64,000 nucleotides of DNA from Myxococcota bacterium (GCA_040386535.1 JAZKFH010000019.1:128001-192000), one strand, 5' to 3'; positions 9,037 to 19,958 are shown, counted from the first letter of the stretch. A program made the numbers and translations. The notes: generated by a model from the letters alone, not told the origin.

Positions 9037-11232
9037 TTGGCCGCACCCCAGGGTCCCTCAGGTCCGAACCGGCCGCATCGGCCACGTCGGCAGCTGCGGG
9101 ACGACGACGACACCTCGCTTTCCGAGATCCTGCACCTCCGGGATTACTGGCGTACCGTCCGGAAGCGCTTGTGGACGCTCATCACGGCCTTCTCGCTGAT
9201 CGTCGGGAGCGTCACCGTGGTCACGCTCCTGACGCCGCCGGTCTACGAGGCCACGGCCTCGCTGCAGATCGACTCGCAGCCGGCCGCGAACACGAGCCTC
9301 TCCGCCTACGGGCAGCAGGGGCAGGGCCAGTACCTGCTCGAGCAGGAATACTTCAGCACGCAGCACAAGAAGCTCCGCAGCCGCGTCCAAGCGCGCGCGG
9401 TCGCCGAGCGGCTCGATCTGGCGCGACACCCCGACTACCAGGAGCTCGAGCCCGACGAGCTCGTGCAGACCCTGCTCAACCAGGTGGACATCGCGCCGAT
9501 CAAGGGCACGCGCCTGGTGTGGGTGTACGTGCGGGCCAACGATCGTGAGCTCTCGGCGTTGTTGTGTCAGACCTGGGCGGAGGTGTTCGTCCAGCGCAAC
9601 ATGGACGAGATCAACCAGGGCGTTCAGGGCGGCCTGGGCTGGCTCTCGGGCGCTGTGACAAAGGCCGAGGAGGAGTTTCGTCAGGCCGAGCAGGCGCTCC
9701 TCGATTTTCGGCGGGCGAACAACAAGATCGCGCTCTCCTCCCAAGAGGAGGGAAACCTGCTCGTGCAGCAGCTCGAGGAGCTGTCCCGCAAGCGCGCGCT
9801 GGCCGAGGCGGAGCGCGCGGGGCGCGAGGCGGAGTACGAGGGGCTCGCGTTGTCGGCCCGCACCCAGAAGGATCTCCGGCGGATCTCCTTGCTCGTGGAC
9901 AGCCCGCTCATGTCGGGCCTGCGTGAGCAGCTCACGACGCTCCAGGCGGACCGCGAGGCGTTGCTGACACGCTACCTGCCCGACGCGCCCGTGCCCGCCG
10001 TGCTCCAGAACAAGGAGCGCCTGGAGGACGTGGAGCTCCAGATCCGCGCCGAGGTCGACGCCGAGCTCGGCCGCCGCCGCGCCATGCTCGCGCAGGCCAA
10101 GAGCCACGAAGAGGGCCTCCAGCGCTCGATCGAGTCGCTCACGAAGAGCGCGCTCGAGGAGAACGGCGAGGAGGCCAACTACAACCTCCTGCGCCGCCAG
10201 GTCGACTCGCGCGCCACCATCTACAAACACCTGGTCGAAAAGAGCCAGGAGATGGACGTGACCTCCTCTCTCAAGGAGAACAACGTCCGCATCATCGATC
10301 CGGGCGAGGCCGGCGAGAAGCCGGTGGAGCCGAACTACGTCCGCAACATCGGCGTCGCCATCCTCGGCGGCCTGCTGGTGGGCGTGTCGATGGCGCTGTT
10401 CTTCGACTACATGGACACGACGATCAAGACGCGCGAGGAGGTCGAGGCCCTCGGCATCCCGTTCCTCGGCATCATCCCGAGCGTTCCCGGCCTCGAAGGC
10501 GAGGGGTGGGAGGTGGCGCGGCAGCGCTATCTGTACGCGTTGAACTATCCGAAGAGCGCCTTCGCGGAGTTCTGTCGAAACATCCGGACGACGGTGAACT
10601 TCAGCGCGCGCGAGGACGGTGCGCCGCCTCGACGCCTGCTCATCACGTCCGCGGGGCCGCGCGAGGGGAAGACCACCTCCAGCATCAACCTCGCGATCAC
10701 GTTCGCGAGCAACGGCCGGCGCGTGTGCCTCGTCGACGCCGACCTGCGCCGCCCGAGCCTGCACCACGCGTTCGGCCTGCCCAACGAAGAAGGATTTTCC
10801 ACGCTGATCGGGGGTACCTCGTCCGTCGAGGCCGTGTCGCAGCCCACCCCGCAGGAGGGGCTGTTCATCATCCCGTCGGGTCCACGCCCTCCCAACCCCG
10901 CGGAGATGCTCGGCTCTCCGGCCTGCAAGGCGGCCCTCGACCGGCTCAACGAGGCCTTCGATCTCGTCATCATCGACTCGCCGCCCGTGGTCGCCGTGAC
11001 CGACGCGGTGGTGCTCGCGAACGACGTGGACGGCGTGATCCTCGTGGTCAAGAGCTTCAAGGTCGCCCGGGATCTGGTGCTCCAGGCCAAGCGCCAGCTG
11101 GTCGACGTCGAGGCGCGCCTCATCGGCGTCATCCTCAACAACTTCGACATCCAGCGTAAAAGCTACGGTTATTACTACTACTACAGCTATTACGGTTCGG
11201 ACCGCGAGGATGTTGGCAAGGGCCACAAGTGA
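9037..11232 (+). CDS. wzc: Polysaccharide co-polymerase / BY-kinase (Wzc/GumC)
   Basis: Two TM helices around a coiled coil; GPREGKT, DADLRRP, IIDSPP; C-terminal Tyr cluster YGYYYYYSYY. Confidence 0.93.
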   Translation: MAAPQGPSGPNRPHRPRRQLRDDDDTSLSEILHLRDYWRTVRKRLWTLITAFSLIVGSVTVVTLLTPPVYEATASLQIDSQPAANTSLSAYGQQGQGQYLLEQEYFSTQHKKLRSRVQARAVAERLDLARHPDYQELEPDELVQTLLNQVDIAPIKGTRLVWVYVRANDRELSALLCQTWAEVFVQRNMDEINQGVQGGLGWLSGAVTKAEEEFRQAEQALLDFRRANNKIALSSQEEGNLLVQQLEELSRKRALAEAERAGREAEYEGLALSARTQKDLRRISLLVDSPLMSGLREQLTTLQADREALLTRYLPDAPVPAVLQNKERLEDVELQIRAEVDAELGRRRAMLAQAKSHEEGLQRSIESLTKSALEENGEEANYNLLRRQVDSRATIYKHLVEKSQEMDVTSSLKENNVRIIDPGEAGEKPVEPNYVRNIGVAILGGLLVGVSMALFFDYMDTTIKTREEVEALGIPFLGIIPSVPGLEGEGWEVARQRYLYALNYPKSAFAEFCRNIRTTVNFSAREDGAPPRRLLITSAGPREGKTTSSINLAITFASNGRRVCLVDADLRRPSLHHAFGLPNEEGFSTLIGGTSSVEAVSQPTPQEGLFIIPSGPRPPNPAEMLGSPACKAALDRLNEAFDLVIIDSPPVVAVTDAVVLANDVDGVILVVKSFKVARDLVLQAKRQLVDVEARLIGVILNNFDIQRKSYGYYYYYSYYGSDREDVGKGHK

Positions 11233-13793
11233 AAACGTCCGCGCTGTCCGGAGATCGCCTGGAGCGGGGCGTCGCCCTGGGGATGCTGCTGGCGGTGTTC
11301 GCGGCGGCGGGGCTCGAAGGTGGCGTGGTGCCGATGTACGGCGGCGTCGTCTATGCGGTGGCGGTCGCCATCGGGTTGGCGTGGATGGTCCTGCGCGGCG
11401 TAGACCCGCTGCCGCGGCTCGCGAAGGTGGGGCTGGCGCTGTTCGCGGTGGTGCTGCTCTACCAGGCGCTCGCGATCCCCGAAGGGGTGCGCGAGCTCGT
11501 GGCGCCGGGGCAGGCCGCGTGGATCGATCGGGTGGCGCCGGAGTCCTCGGCCGCGCTCGATCCCTGGCTGAGCGCCGTCGCGACCTATGACGTGATGGCC
11601 GCGGTCGGTGCCGCGGGCGACTGGACCTACGACGTGCTCGCGGGCTCGGCGGCGACGACATGGCGGCAGGGCGCGATCGATCCGGAGGCCTGGCGGTGGA
11701 CCCTGGGCCAGCTGCTCGCCATGGGCGTGGTGTGGATGGTCGGGGCGGGCCTGGGCCGGAGCCCCGCCGCGACACGCACGGTGCTGGTCGGGCTGCTGCT
11801 CTTCTGCGTCTTCGAGGCCGTGTTCGGGCTCGCGAACCGCAACGGACCGAGCACCGGCATCGGCGTCAAGCAGTACTACATGGGCTCGGCGACCGGCACG
11901 TTCGTCAACCGCGGGCACTTCGCCGCGCTGCTCGTGCTCGGCGTGGGAGCGGCCTGGGGCCTCGCCGCGGGCCTGTTTCCGCTCCTGCCCGAGGAGGTGC
12001 GCAAACACATGGCGCGCAAGCGGCGTTCCAGCCAGCCCCCGTCGGTGTTCGAGGCCAGCGGCGATCGCATTCCGCGCCTCGCCCTCCTCGGCTTCCTCGT
12101 GGCCGTGCTGCTCGTGGCAATCGTCGCGTCGCAGTCGCGTGGGCCCGTGCTCGGGCTCGCCGTGGCGGGGCTCGTGGTCGGGTCCGGGATGGCCTGGCGC
12201 CGCAAGGAGACGTTCCACCTCGGCATCGCCGTCGCCGTGCCGGTGGCCGGGGGCGTGCTCGCGCTGCTCGCGTTCGGAATCGGCGGCGCGTTCGGGCGCT
12301 TTCGTGGCCTGCTCTCCGGCGGCGACGCGAGCGTCCTGTCCCGCCTCGACGTGTGGCGGGACTCGGTGCCGGCCTTCTTCGACGCGCCGGTGTTCGGCGC
12401 TGGGCTCGGGGGTTGGCAGCTGGCGCACGCGCTGCACGAGACGCCCGACCACCTGTTCACGTTCTCCAACGCGCACAATGAGCTGGTCGAGATCGTGGTC
12501 GAGATGGGCGTCGTCGGCACGCTCGCATACATGTTCGTCGGGATCGCGATCGTGCGCGGACTGTTGCGCGCGCTCCGCGATGTGCCCCACGACGAGGGCA
12601 CCGCGGCGGGCGTGGGCGCCCTCGTGGGCGTACTCGCCGTGCTCGTCCAGTCGCTCGGCGACTTCCCGCTGCACATCCCCGGCGTCGCGTTGCCCTGGGC
12701 GCTCATGGCGGGGCTCGCCCAGGGCGCGCTGACCAACCCCGAGAAGGGGGGCGCGAAGGGGCCACCGCTGGTCATCGGGCTCGTCGCCATCGGCCTCTGC
12801 GGGGCCGCCGCCCTCGCGGACAGCGGGTTCGTGGGCTCGCGCGACGACCGGCTCGCCGAGCGCGGCAACCTCTGGAACGAGCCCGACCGCGCGAAAGGAA
12901 CCGTGGCGTCCATCCGTGCGTGGCGCGACACGACACGCGCGGCGGTGGATCGGGCTCCGCTCGACCCGTGGTCACACGCGGCGATGGCCGAGGCCGAGGC
13001 CATCCTGGCGCGCGAAGCGTGGCGTGTGGACGGGGCGCGGCCCGTGGGCGAGTCGCCCGAGGATCACGCTCTCCAGGCTGATCTCGCCGTGACGCGCGCA
13101 CACACGCTCCGCCCGCGGGATCCCCGGTTGGCGCTCACGCTGGCGAAGAGCCTCGTGCTCCTGGCCCAGCGCGCGTCCACCCCGGACGCGTTCGAAGCGC
13201 GCGCCGTGATCCTGCTCGCGGACGCCGTCGCGCGGGACCCGTGGCGCGCGGACGAGGCCTTCGTCATCGCCGATCGCCTCTCGGACGATGCCCTCGCGAA
13301 GATCGCCGCCTCCGCGACGAGCGCGTCGCAAGCCCCCCGCGCACGCGCCCGGGTGGCCTACGCGCACGGCAAGGCCCTCGAGCGGCGAGGCCGGGGCGAG
13401 GCGGCAGCGGCAGCCCATGCAGTCGCCATCACGGCGGACGGCGCCTACGGGCCGGCCCTGTTCGCGGCGGGCGTACTCGCGCGCAACCGGGGCGAGACCG
13501 AGGCGGGCGACGAGCTCCTGCGTCGCTTCCTCACCGCGGACGAGCGCGGCGCCGGCATGGAGGGCTGGGCCCTCGTGCTCCTCGGTGAGCTGGAGACCGC
13601 CGAGGCGCGCCTCCGGCGGGCCGTGCAGCAGTCCCCCACGAACCGGTGGGCGTGGGAGGGCCTCGCGGAGATCGCCAAGCGCCAGGCCGACGTGGAGGAC
13701 GAGCGCGCCGCCCTCAAGAAGATCCTGGCCCTGGATCCGAACCACCGCCCGGCGAAGGGCCGGATGGTGGTCTTGGACGCCGCGAAGAAGTAG
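11229..13793 (+). CDS. O-antigen ligase/Wzy-like membrane protein with C-terminal TPR repeats
   Basis: GTFVNRGHFA, SQSRG, FGAGLG, NAHNE..E..VEMG, DFPLHIP; TPR-like tail. Confidence 0.85.
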   Translation: MKTSALSGDRLERGVALGMLLAVFAAAGLEGGVVPMYGGVVYAVAVAIGLAWMVLRGVDPLPRLAKVGLALFAVVLLYQALAIPEGVRELVAPGQAAWIDRVAPESSAALDPWLSAVATYDVMAAVGAAGDWTYDVLAGSAATTWRQGAIDPEAWRWTLGQLLAMGVVWMVGAGLGRSPAATRTVLVGLLLFCVFEAVFGLANRNGPSTGIGVKQYYMGSATGTFVNRGHFAALLVLGVGAAWGLAAGLFPLLPEEVRKHMARKRRSSQPPSVFEASGDRIPRLALLGFLVAVLLVAIVASQSRGPVLGLAVAGLVVGSGMAWRRKETFHLGIAVAVPVAGGVLALLAFGIGGAFGRFRGLLSGGDASVLSRLDVWRDSVPAFFDAPVFGAGLGGWQLAHALHETPDHLFTFSNAHNELVEIVVEMGVVGTLAYMFVGIAIVRGLLRALRDVPHDEGTAAGVGALVGVLAVLVQSLGDFPLHIPGVALPWALMAGLAQGALTNPEKGGAKGPPLVIGLVAIGLCGAAALADSGFVGSRDDRLAERGNLWNEPDRAKGTVASIRAWRDTTRAAVDRAPLDPWSHAAMAEAEAILAREAWRVDGARPVGESPEDHALQADLAVTRAHTLRPRDPRLALTLAKSLVLLAQRASTPDAFEARAVILLADAVARDPWRADEAFVIADRLSDDALAKIAASATSASQAPRARARVAYAHGKALERRGRGEAAAAAHAVAITADGAYGPALFAAGVLARNRGETEAGDELLRRFLTADERGAGMEGWALVLLGELETAEARLRRAVQQSPTNRWAWEGLAEIAKRQADVEDERAALKKILALDPNHRPAKGRMVVLDAAKK

Positions 13794-13935
13794 GTCGGGG
13801 CGGCGGTAGTCACCACCCACCCCTTCGGAAAGGGCCACCGCCGCTTGGAGGCGGACAGTTTCTGGTCGTCCTGTTCCGTCGCCGTGCCTGGAATCGCCGG
13901 ACCTGCGCGGATAGACCGCCGCCCGGAGACGCTCC

Positions 13936-15249
13936 ATGGCTCGCATTCACTCTGGTTTGTTCCGCAAGGCGCTCGTGGTGGAGCACCCCGACGCCGTCCT
14001 GGACGAGCTTCTCCTGGCGGACGGCCTGGTGGTCGATCGGGCCTCCGACGTACCGGACGAGGCCGGGCTCATCCGCATGCTGAACGCGGGAGAGCACCAG
14101 GTGCTCTTCAAGCGGAGCCGCGTGCCGGTCACCCGCGCGGTGCTCGAGGCGTGCCCGAACCTCTACGCGGTGCAGTTGTGCTGCATCGGGGACGACAGCG
14201 TGGACAAGCGCGCGTGCGCCGACCACGGCGTGCTCGTGTTCAACGACCCGGTGAGCAACGGCCGCAGCGTCGTCGAGCTCGCCGTGACGCACCTCATCGC
14301 TCTGTCACGCCGCCTGTACGAGACCAACGAGCACACCCGTGCCGGCGGCTTCGACAAGTCGCAGACGGAGCGCTTCGAGATCCACGGGCGGGTGCTCGGC
14401 ATCCTCGGCCTCGGCAACATCGGGCGCCAGGTGGCCCGCGCCGCCGAGGCGCTCGGGATGAAGATCCTGTTCCACGACACGCGCGAGGTGGCACGCGAGG
14501 TCGGTCTCGAGATGGGCTGGGAGGAGGTCAAGTCGATCGACGCGCTCTTCCGCCGCGCCGACTGCGTGAGCGTGCACGTGAGCGCCGAGGACACGCGCAG
14601 CCAGAGCAACCGCGGCCTGCTGACCCGCGAGCACTTCGCCCAGCTCGCGGCGGACCGCCCCGGCGCCTCGCCCCGGCTGTTCCTGAACCTCGCGCGCGGG
14701 TTCCTCTACGAGCCGAACGACCTGCTCGCCGCCATCACCGCGGGCGAGGTCGGCCGTGCCGCGGTGGACGTGTACCCCGAGGAGCCCCGCGGCAGCGGAC
14801 CGTGGATCAATCCGTACGCCGCCCAGCCTCGCGTCGTGACCACGCCGCACCTCGGTGCCGCCACCCTCGACGCGCAGCCCCGCATCGCGCGTCGTGTCGC
14901 GCACACGTTCAGGTCCTTCAACCGCCAAGGCGCGCTCCGGGACTGCGTGTACCGTCCGCGCCTGCTCCTCGGGCTGGGCGAGATCGACCCCGGCAGTACG
15001 CTGCTCGCCGTCGTGCACTCCACGCGCCGCGGCTCCCGCAAGGCCCTTCAGGACGCGATCTTCGAGGCGGGCGCCTCCAACCTCTCGACGGTCCACCAGG
15101 ACTTCGAGGACTTCGGCATGGCCTACGACCTGTCCGCGATCGACCGCCCGCTGGACGACGATCAGCTGCGTTACGTGCTCTCGCACGCGGCGGACCTGAC
15201 GGGGGAGGCCGGCTCGATCCGCAGCATCCGCCAGGTCACGTTGGCATGA
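13936..15249 (+). CDS. serA: D-3-phosphoglycerate dehydrogenase-like (SerA-like) with degenerate ACT domain
   Basis: CCIGDDSVD, NDPVSNGRSVVE, GILGLGNIG, NLARG, AVDVYPEEP, TPHLGAAT. Confidence 0.8.
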   Translation: MARIHSGLFRKALVVEHPDAVLDELLLADGLVVDRASDVPDEAGLIRMLNAGEHQVLFKRSRVPVTRAVLEACPNLYAVQLCCIGDDSVDKRACADHGVLVFNDPVSNGRSVVELAVTHLIALSRRLYETNEHTRAGGFDKSQTERFEIHGRVLGILGLGNIGRQVARAAEALGMKILFHDTREVAREVGLEMGWEEVKSIDALFRRADCVSVHVSAEDTRSQSNRGLLTREHFAQLAADRPGASPRLFLNLARGFLYEPNDLLAAITAGEVGRAAVDVYPEEPRGSGPWINPYAAQPRVVTTPHLGAATLDAQPRIARRVAHTFRSFNRQGALRDCVYRPRLLLGLGEIDPGSTLLAVVHSTRRGSRKALQDAIFEAGASNLSTVHQDFEDFGMAYDLSAIDRPLDDDQLRYVLSHAADLTGEAGSIRSIRQVTLA

Positions 15250-16301
15250 GCGCGGCCTTCGATGCCGAGATCGAGGGGGCGATCCTCCGCGCGCTGCTGA
15301 CCGAGTGGCGTGCCGTCAACTACACCCACTTCAAGGACGCGCTGGTCCTCCCGCGCTTCGAGCTCATCGAGCACGAGGGGCACCTGGGCGAGTGGCATCG
15401 CCTCCACCGGACCATCTCCTTCGCGCGCACGTTCGTCCGCTCCCAGCCATGGGGCGTGGTGGTCGAGGTGCTCAAGCACGAGATGGCGCACCAGTACGTG
15501 CACGAGGTCCTCCGCGTCCTCGACGAGACCGCGCACGGCCCCGCTTTCCGCAAGGTCTGCGAGCGCCTCGCCATCGACGCGAGCGCGTCCGGCATGCCGA
15601 CGATGGTGTCGGTCGATCCCGAGCAGGACAAGGCGCTGCGTCGCATCACGCGCCTGCTCGCGCTCGCGGAGAGCCCCAACGCGAACGAGGCGCAGGCGGC
15701 CATGAACGCGGCGCGCAAGCTGATGCTCCGCTACAACATCGACACGCTGCCGACGGGGCACACGTTCCGCCAGCTCGGCGTCCCCACCGGGAGGCTCCAG
15801 GAGGCCGACCGGTGGCTCGCGTCGGTGCTCTCGCAGCACTTCTTCGTCACCGGTATCTGGATCCCCTCGTTCGACGTGACCACCGGCAAAACCGGCCGCG
15901 TGCTCGAGATCTCGGGCACGGCGGCCAACCTCGAGCTCGCCACCTACGTGCACGGGTTCCTCAAGGAGACCGCGGAGAGGCTCTGGCGCGCACACAAGCG
16001 GGAGCATCGCATCGCGGGGGACAAGGAGCGCCAGCGCTTCGTGTCGGGCGTGATGCGCGGCTTCCACGAGAAGCTCACCGAGGGTGCCAAGGAGAGCCGC
16101 GAGGAGGGCCTGGTCTGGGTGGGAGATCCCAAGCTCCAGGCCTACTACCAGAAGCGCCATCCGCGCGTGCGCCACATCAAGTACGGCGGGCATCCGCGTA
16201 CCGAGGCGTGGGAGCAGGGGCGCGCGGCCGGCCGGGAGATCGTGCTCCACAAGCCCGTTACGGGGGAGACGGGCGGGGGCGGGCGGCTCTTGAAGGGGTA
16301 G
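15246..16301 (+). CDS. SprT-like zinc metalloprotease plus DUF2786 domain protein
   Basis: HEMAH (HExxH), HGPAF; RRITRLLALAESPNANEAQAAM; ATG at 15246 overlaps the serA stop. Confidence 0.85.
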   Translation: MSAAFDAEIEGAILRALLTEWRAVNYTHFKDALVLPRFELIEHEGHLGEWHRLHRTISFARTFVRSQPWGVVVEVLKHEMAHQYVHEVLRVLDETAHGPAFRKVCERLAIDASASGMPTMVSVDPEQDKALRRITRLLALAESPNANEAQAAMNAARKLMLRYNIDTLPTGHTFRQLGVPTGRLQEADRWLASVLSQHFFVTGIWIPSFDVTTGKTGRVLEISGTAANLELATYVHGFLKETAERLWRAHKREHRIAGDKERQRFVSGVMRGFHEKLTEGAKESREEGLVWVGDPKLQAYYQKRHPRVRHIKYGGHPRTEAWEQGRAAGREIVLHKPVTGETGGGGRLLKG

Positions 16302-16344
16302 CGCTGCACGGGGCGGGGGCAGGGCCCCCGCGCCCAGGGCGCGC

Positions 16345-16674
16345 CTACGAGACCTTGATGAGCTCGACCTCGAACAGCAGCGTGGCGTTCGGGGGGATGA
16401 GGCCCGGGTAGCCGCGGCTGCCGTAGCCGAGGTGCCCGGGGATCGTGAGCTTGCGGGTGCCGCCGACCTTCATGCCGGCCACGCCCTGGTCCCAACCCTG
16501 GATGACCATGCCCGCGCCGAGCTTGAAGGTGAACGCCTCGTTGCGATCACGCGACGAGTCGAACTTCGTGCCGTTCTCCAGCGTGCCGACGTAGTGCACG
16601 TGCACGGTCTTGCCCTTGGTGGCCTCGGTGCCGGTGCCGACGACCACGTCTTCCATCTGCAGCTCTGCGCTCAT
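16345..16674 (-). CDS. FKBP-type peptidyl-prolyl isomerase
   Basis: VHYVGTL.NGTKFDSS, VIQGWDQG, GYG, IPPNATLLFEVEL. Confidence 0.97.
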   Translation of the reverse strand: MSAELQMEDVVVGTGTEATKGKTVHVHYVGTLENGTKFDSSRDRNEAFTFKLGAGMVIQGWDQGVAGMKVGGTRKLTIPGHLGYGSRGYPGLIPPNATLLFEVELIKVS

Positions 16675-16704
16675 GGGAACTCCTGGGAGGTGAGGGGATC
16701 GTGA

Positions 16705-18999
16705 TCAGCTGGCGGCGGGCTCGGTGCTGCCGGTGGAGCGGCGGCCCCGACGGCCCCCGCGACGGCGGCGCTTGCGCTCCGCGTCGGGCGAGTCGTCGCC
16801 GTCGGCCGGGGCGTCGTCGCCGCCCTCGATCTCCGGCTCGTCGACCGGCGCGGCGGCGATCGGCGCGTCGGCCACGACCTCCGCGGCCTTCTTGGGGGCG
16901 CGGGGCTTGCGGGGGCGCTTGGCCTCCGCGGGGGCGTCGACGGTCTCCTCGGGCGCGGAGATGGCCGACGCTGCTACTTCGACGACGGGGGCGACGGCCG
17001 GCGTCTCGACGGGGGCGGGTTCGGCCTTGGCACGCTCGCTCTTGGGGCGATCGCCCCGGGGGCGCTCGGACCGGGCACGCTCGGCCCGGGCGGGCTCGGG
17101 CGTGCGCTCGACGGGAGCCAGCTCGGCGTCGACCAGGTCGGCCACGCGGGCGGCGGGCACGTCCTCTACGCTGGTCGTTCCGCCGTGGGCGGGCGCGACC
17201 AGAGCCAACGCGGCGGGGTGCACCTCGGGCCAGCCGATCTCGGCGGCGGGCGCGCCACCACCACGGCGGCCGCGGTCGCCCCTACGGCCTCCGCCGTCCG
17301 GACGGTCGCCCCTGCGTTCGTCGCGCGGCTCGTCACGGCGCGGCTCGTCCCGCCGGGGCTCGTCCCGACGCGGTTCGTCCCGCCGGGGCTCGTCCCGGCG
17401 ACCGCGGCGCCCATCCGTCGGCCGGGTGTCGGCCAGCTGGGCCTCCCCGTTCCGGGCGTCGCCGCTTCGGACGTCGCTGCGCACATCACCGCCGCGGCCG
17501 TTGCCGTTTCGGGCATCGACATGGCGCTCGGTCGACTCGCCGTTCACGACGGGGGCGGCCTCGGGGGCGCGCTCCTGGGCTCGCTCGTGGTCGCGCTCAC
17601 GGTCCCGACGGGGCGCTTCGGACACACGGTCGCGCCCACGCTTGGGGGCGGCCTCCGCGTTCTCGCGGTTGCGCTTGGGAGCGGCCTCGGCGGCGGCGCC
17701 CTCGGCGCTGAGGGCCTCGCCGTCCTTGCCGACGAACAGCTCGGTGAGCACGGCGTCGTCGGGGTTCTCGCCGCGGGCGACGAGGGCGCGCAGGCCGGCG
17801 GCGTGCAGGTCGTCGACGAGCTGCGTGGCGGACTCGGGCGCGATGAACGCGGCCGTGGTGGCGCGGGCGGCCTCCCCATTGGGATGGATCAAGAGGCCGG
17901 CGCGGAGGAGCGCGTGCGCCACGGCCTTCACCGTGCGGGGCGCGATGTCGGGCGACTCCTGCTTGCAACGGCGCAAGAGGTCACCGAGCACGAACTGGAT
18001 GGCGCAGGTGCGGTTGCGACGCGCGCGCTCTGCGCACGTGGCCACGAACTGCTCGACGATGATGCGGCGCTCGCGCGGCTCCCCGATCTCCAGACCCGCC
18101 TCGGCGAGCATTCCCTGCAGGCGGCGCGCGTCGGGCCCGAGGGTCCGGGGCGCCTGGCGCTGCTGGGCGGGCTCTTCGTGGGTGCTCTGCGGAAGGTCGA
18201 CCCTCACGCCGCCAGCGCGATCGTCCTTGGAGAGGGCCACAAGGCCCTTCTGCGCGGCAGTCTCGAGGAAACGCGCGAACGTGCGCATGCCGAGGTCGAC
18301 CTCCGAGAAGGTCGGCTCCTTGCGCTTCATGGACGCCTTGAGCACGCTGGCGTGCACGGGCGCCGGTTCGTCGCGCTGGTGATTCTCCAGCGTCTCCACG
18401 AGGAGCTCGAACGCCTCGTCGAGCGTCAGGCCCTCCTCCTCTTCGGTCTCCTCGGCGGCGGCGGCGGCGGCCGCGGCCGGGGTGCTCGGGAGCGCGACCG
18501 GCGCCGGCTTGGGCGGGCGGAGCGGCTCCAGGCGCGACTCGTTGCGCAGCGTGTCGTAGAAGAAGAACTCGTCACACGTCTCGGCGATGAGTCGGCTCGT
18601 GGAGCCGCGCGTGCCGCAGCCGATGACGCGCTTGTTGAGCTCCTTGAGGCGCATCACGAGCGGCGTGAAGTCGCTGTCTCCGGAGAGGATGACGAAGGTG
18701 TCGATGAAGTTGCGGGTGAACGCGAGCTCCATCGCGTCGACCACGAGCGCGATGTCCGCCCGGTTCTTCGACTGCATCCCGTGGCTGGTGAGCTCCACCA
18801 TCGTCACGCCTTCGTGCACCAGATCGAGCTTGAAGCGGTTCCACCGGCCCCAGTCCGCGAAGGACCGCGCCACGGAGATGCGCCCCTTGTCCTTGAGCCG
18901 CCGCATCACGATGCGGATGTCGAAGCGGCCGAGGCCCTCTTTCTCGCAGCCGGTGGCGATGTTTTCGAAGTCGATCAGGACGGCGAGATTGCGTTCCAA
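16705..18999 (-). CDS. NYN-domain (LabA/DUF88) protein with OST-HTH and a long low-complexity tail (RRDEP x5)
   Basis: IDFENI, KNRADIALVVDA, SGDSDF, CDEF; PTFSE..LGMRTF; start uncertain. Confidence 0.85.
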   Translation of the reverse strand: MERNLAVLIDFENIATGCEKEGLGRFDIRIVMRRLKDKGRISVARSFADWGRWNRFKLDLVHEGVTMVELTSHGMQSKNRADIALVVDAMELAFTRNFIDTFVILSGDSDFTPLVMRLKELNKRVIGCGTRGSTSRLIAETCDEFFFYDTLRNESRLEPLRPPKPAPVALPSTPAAAAAAAAEETEEEEGLTLDEAFELLVETLENHQRDEPAPVHASVLKASMKRKEPTFSEVDLGMRTFARFLETAAQKGLVALSKDDRAGGVRVDLPQSTHEEPAQQRQAPRTLGPDARRLQGMLAEAGLEIGEPRERRIIVEQFVATCAERARRNRTCAIQFVLGDLLRRCKQESPDIAPRTVKAVAHALLRAGLLIHPNGEAARATTAAFIAPESATQLVDDLHAAGLRALVARGENPDDAVLTELFVGKDGEALSAEGAAAEAAPKRNRENAEAAPKRGRDRVSEAPRRDRERDHERAQERAPEAAPVVNGESTERHVDARNGNGRGGDVRSDVRSGDARNGEAQLADTRPTDGRRGRRDEPRRDEPRRDEPRRDEPRRDEPRDERRGDRPDGGGRRGDRGRRGGGAPAAEIGWPEVHPAALALVAPAHGGTTSVEDVPAARVADLVDAELAPVERTPEPARAERARSERPRGDRPKSERAKAEPAPVETPAVAPVVEVAASAISAPEETVDAPAEAKRPRKPRAPKKAAEVVADAPIAAAPVDEPEIEGGDDAPADGDDSPDAERKRRRRGGRRGRRSTGSTEPAAS

Positions 19000-19148
19000 G
19001 GAGGATCCAGTGCGGGGAGGGGGCCTAACGCAACAGAGCCCCGGGTGCGTGGCCCACAGTACGAAAGGCGTCGCCTTCGGCGTCGATCGGCGCATCCCCG
19101 CGTCCGTCCGCCGTCGCGGTCGAGCGCCGGCCGCAATAAGCGGGCCGG

Positions 19149-19958
19149 ATGTCCACCACCTTCGCGGGAACGCCCCGCTACATCGCGGACGACGGCCTGC
19201 TGGCCGACGTCAACGCCGCCATCGTCCTCGGCCGCCCCCTCCTCGTGAAGGGGGAGCCCGGCACCGGCAAGACCGTGCTCGCCGCGGCCGTCGCCGAGGC
19301 GCTCGGGATGCCGCTGTACACCTGGACCATCAAGTCCACCACCAAGGCGGTCGACGGCCTGTACCACTACGACGTGGTCCAGCGCCTGAACGACGCGCGC
19401 TTCGGCGAGGGGGACGTAAAGGACATCCGCCGGTACATCCGCATGGGCGTGTTGGGGCAGGCCTTCGGCGCCGACAGCCGTGTCGTCGTGCTCATCGACG
19501 AGATCGACAAGGCCGATCTCGAGTTCCCGAACGACATGTTGCGCGAGCTCGACGAGATGGTGTTCCACATCCCCGAGCTCGACGAGACCGTCAAGGCCAA
19601 GCACCGGCCCATCGTCATCATCACGTCGAACGCCGAGAAGGAGCTGCCCGACGCGTTCCTGCGCCGCTGCGTGTTCCACTACATCGCGTTCCCCGACCGT
19701 GAGCGGATGCGCAAGATCGTCGACGTGCATCTCCCCGATCTCTCCGAGAAGCTCATCGAGAGCGCATTCCAGCGCTTCTACGGCCTCCGCCGGCTCGACG
19801 GCATTCGCAAGAAGCCCTCTACCAGCGAGCTCGTCGATTGGTTGTCGGTCCTGGCGCGCGCGGGTATTCCCCCCGAGGAGCTCGCCGCCAAACTTCCGTT
19901 CCCCGGCATCCTGCTCAAGCAGGAGCAGGATCTCGAGTTGGCGAAGGCGCGTCGGTGA
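19149..19958 (+). CDS. MoxR-family AAA+ ATPase
   Basis: GEPGTGKT, LIDEIDKAD, TSNAEKELPDAFLRRC. Confidence 0.95.
   Translation: MSTTFAGTPRYIADDGLLADVNAAIVLGRPLLVKGEPGTGKTVLAAAVAEALGMPLYTWTIKSTTKAVDGLYHYDVVQRLNDARFGEGDVKDIRRYIRMGVLGQAFGADSRVVVLIDEIDKADLEFPNDMLRELDEMVFHIPELDETVKAKHRPIVIITSNAEKELPDAFLRRCVFHYIAFPDRERMRKIVDVHLPDLSEKLIESAFQRFYGLRRLDGIRKKPSTSELVDWLSVLARAGIPPEELAAKLPFPGILLKQEQDLELAKARR

Noticed and set aside
13845..15245. 818-aa ORF as a single protein
   Set aside because: The N-terminal part is an Arg-rich off-frame overlap of serA; the real gene starts at 15246
17326..17400. 15-bp tandem repeat as a non-coding element
   Set aside because: It encodes RRDEP x5 in the disordered tail of the NYN protein
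7319..19248. Long antisense ORFs (7319-9199, 9058-11775, 17185-19248 and others)
   Set aside because: Shadow ORFs of high-GC genes on the opposite strand with no motifs
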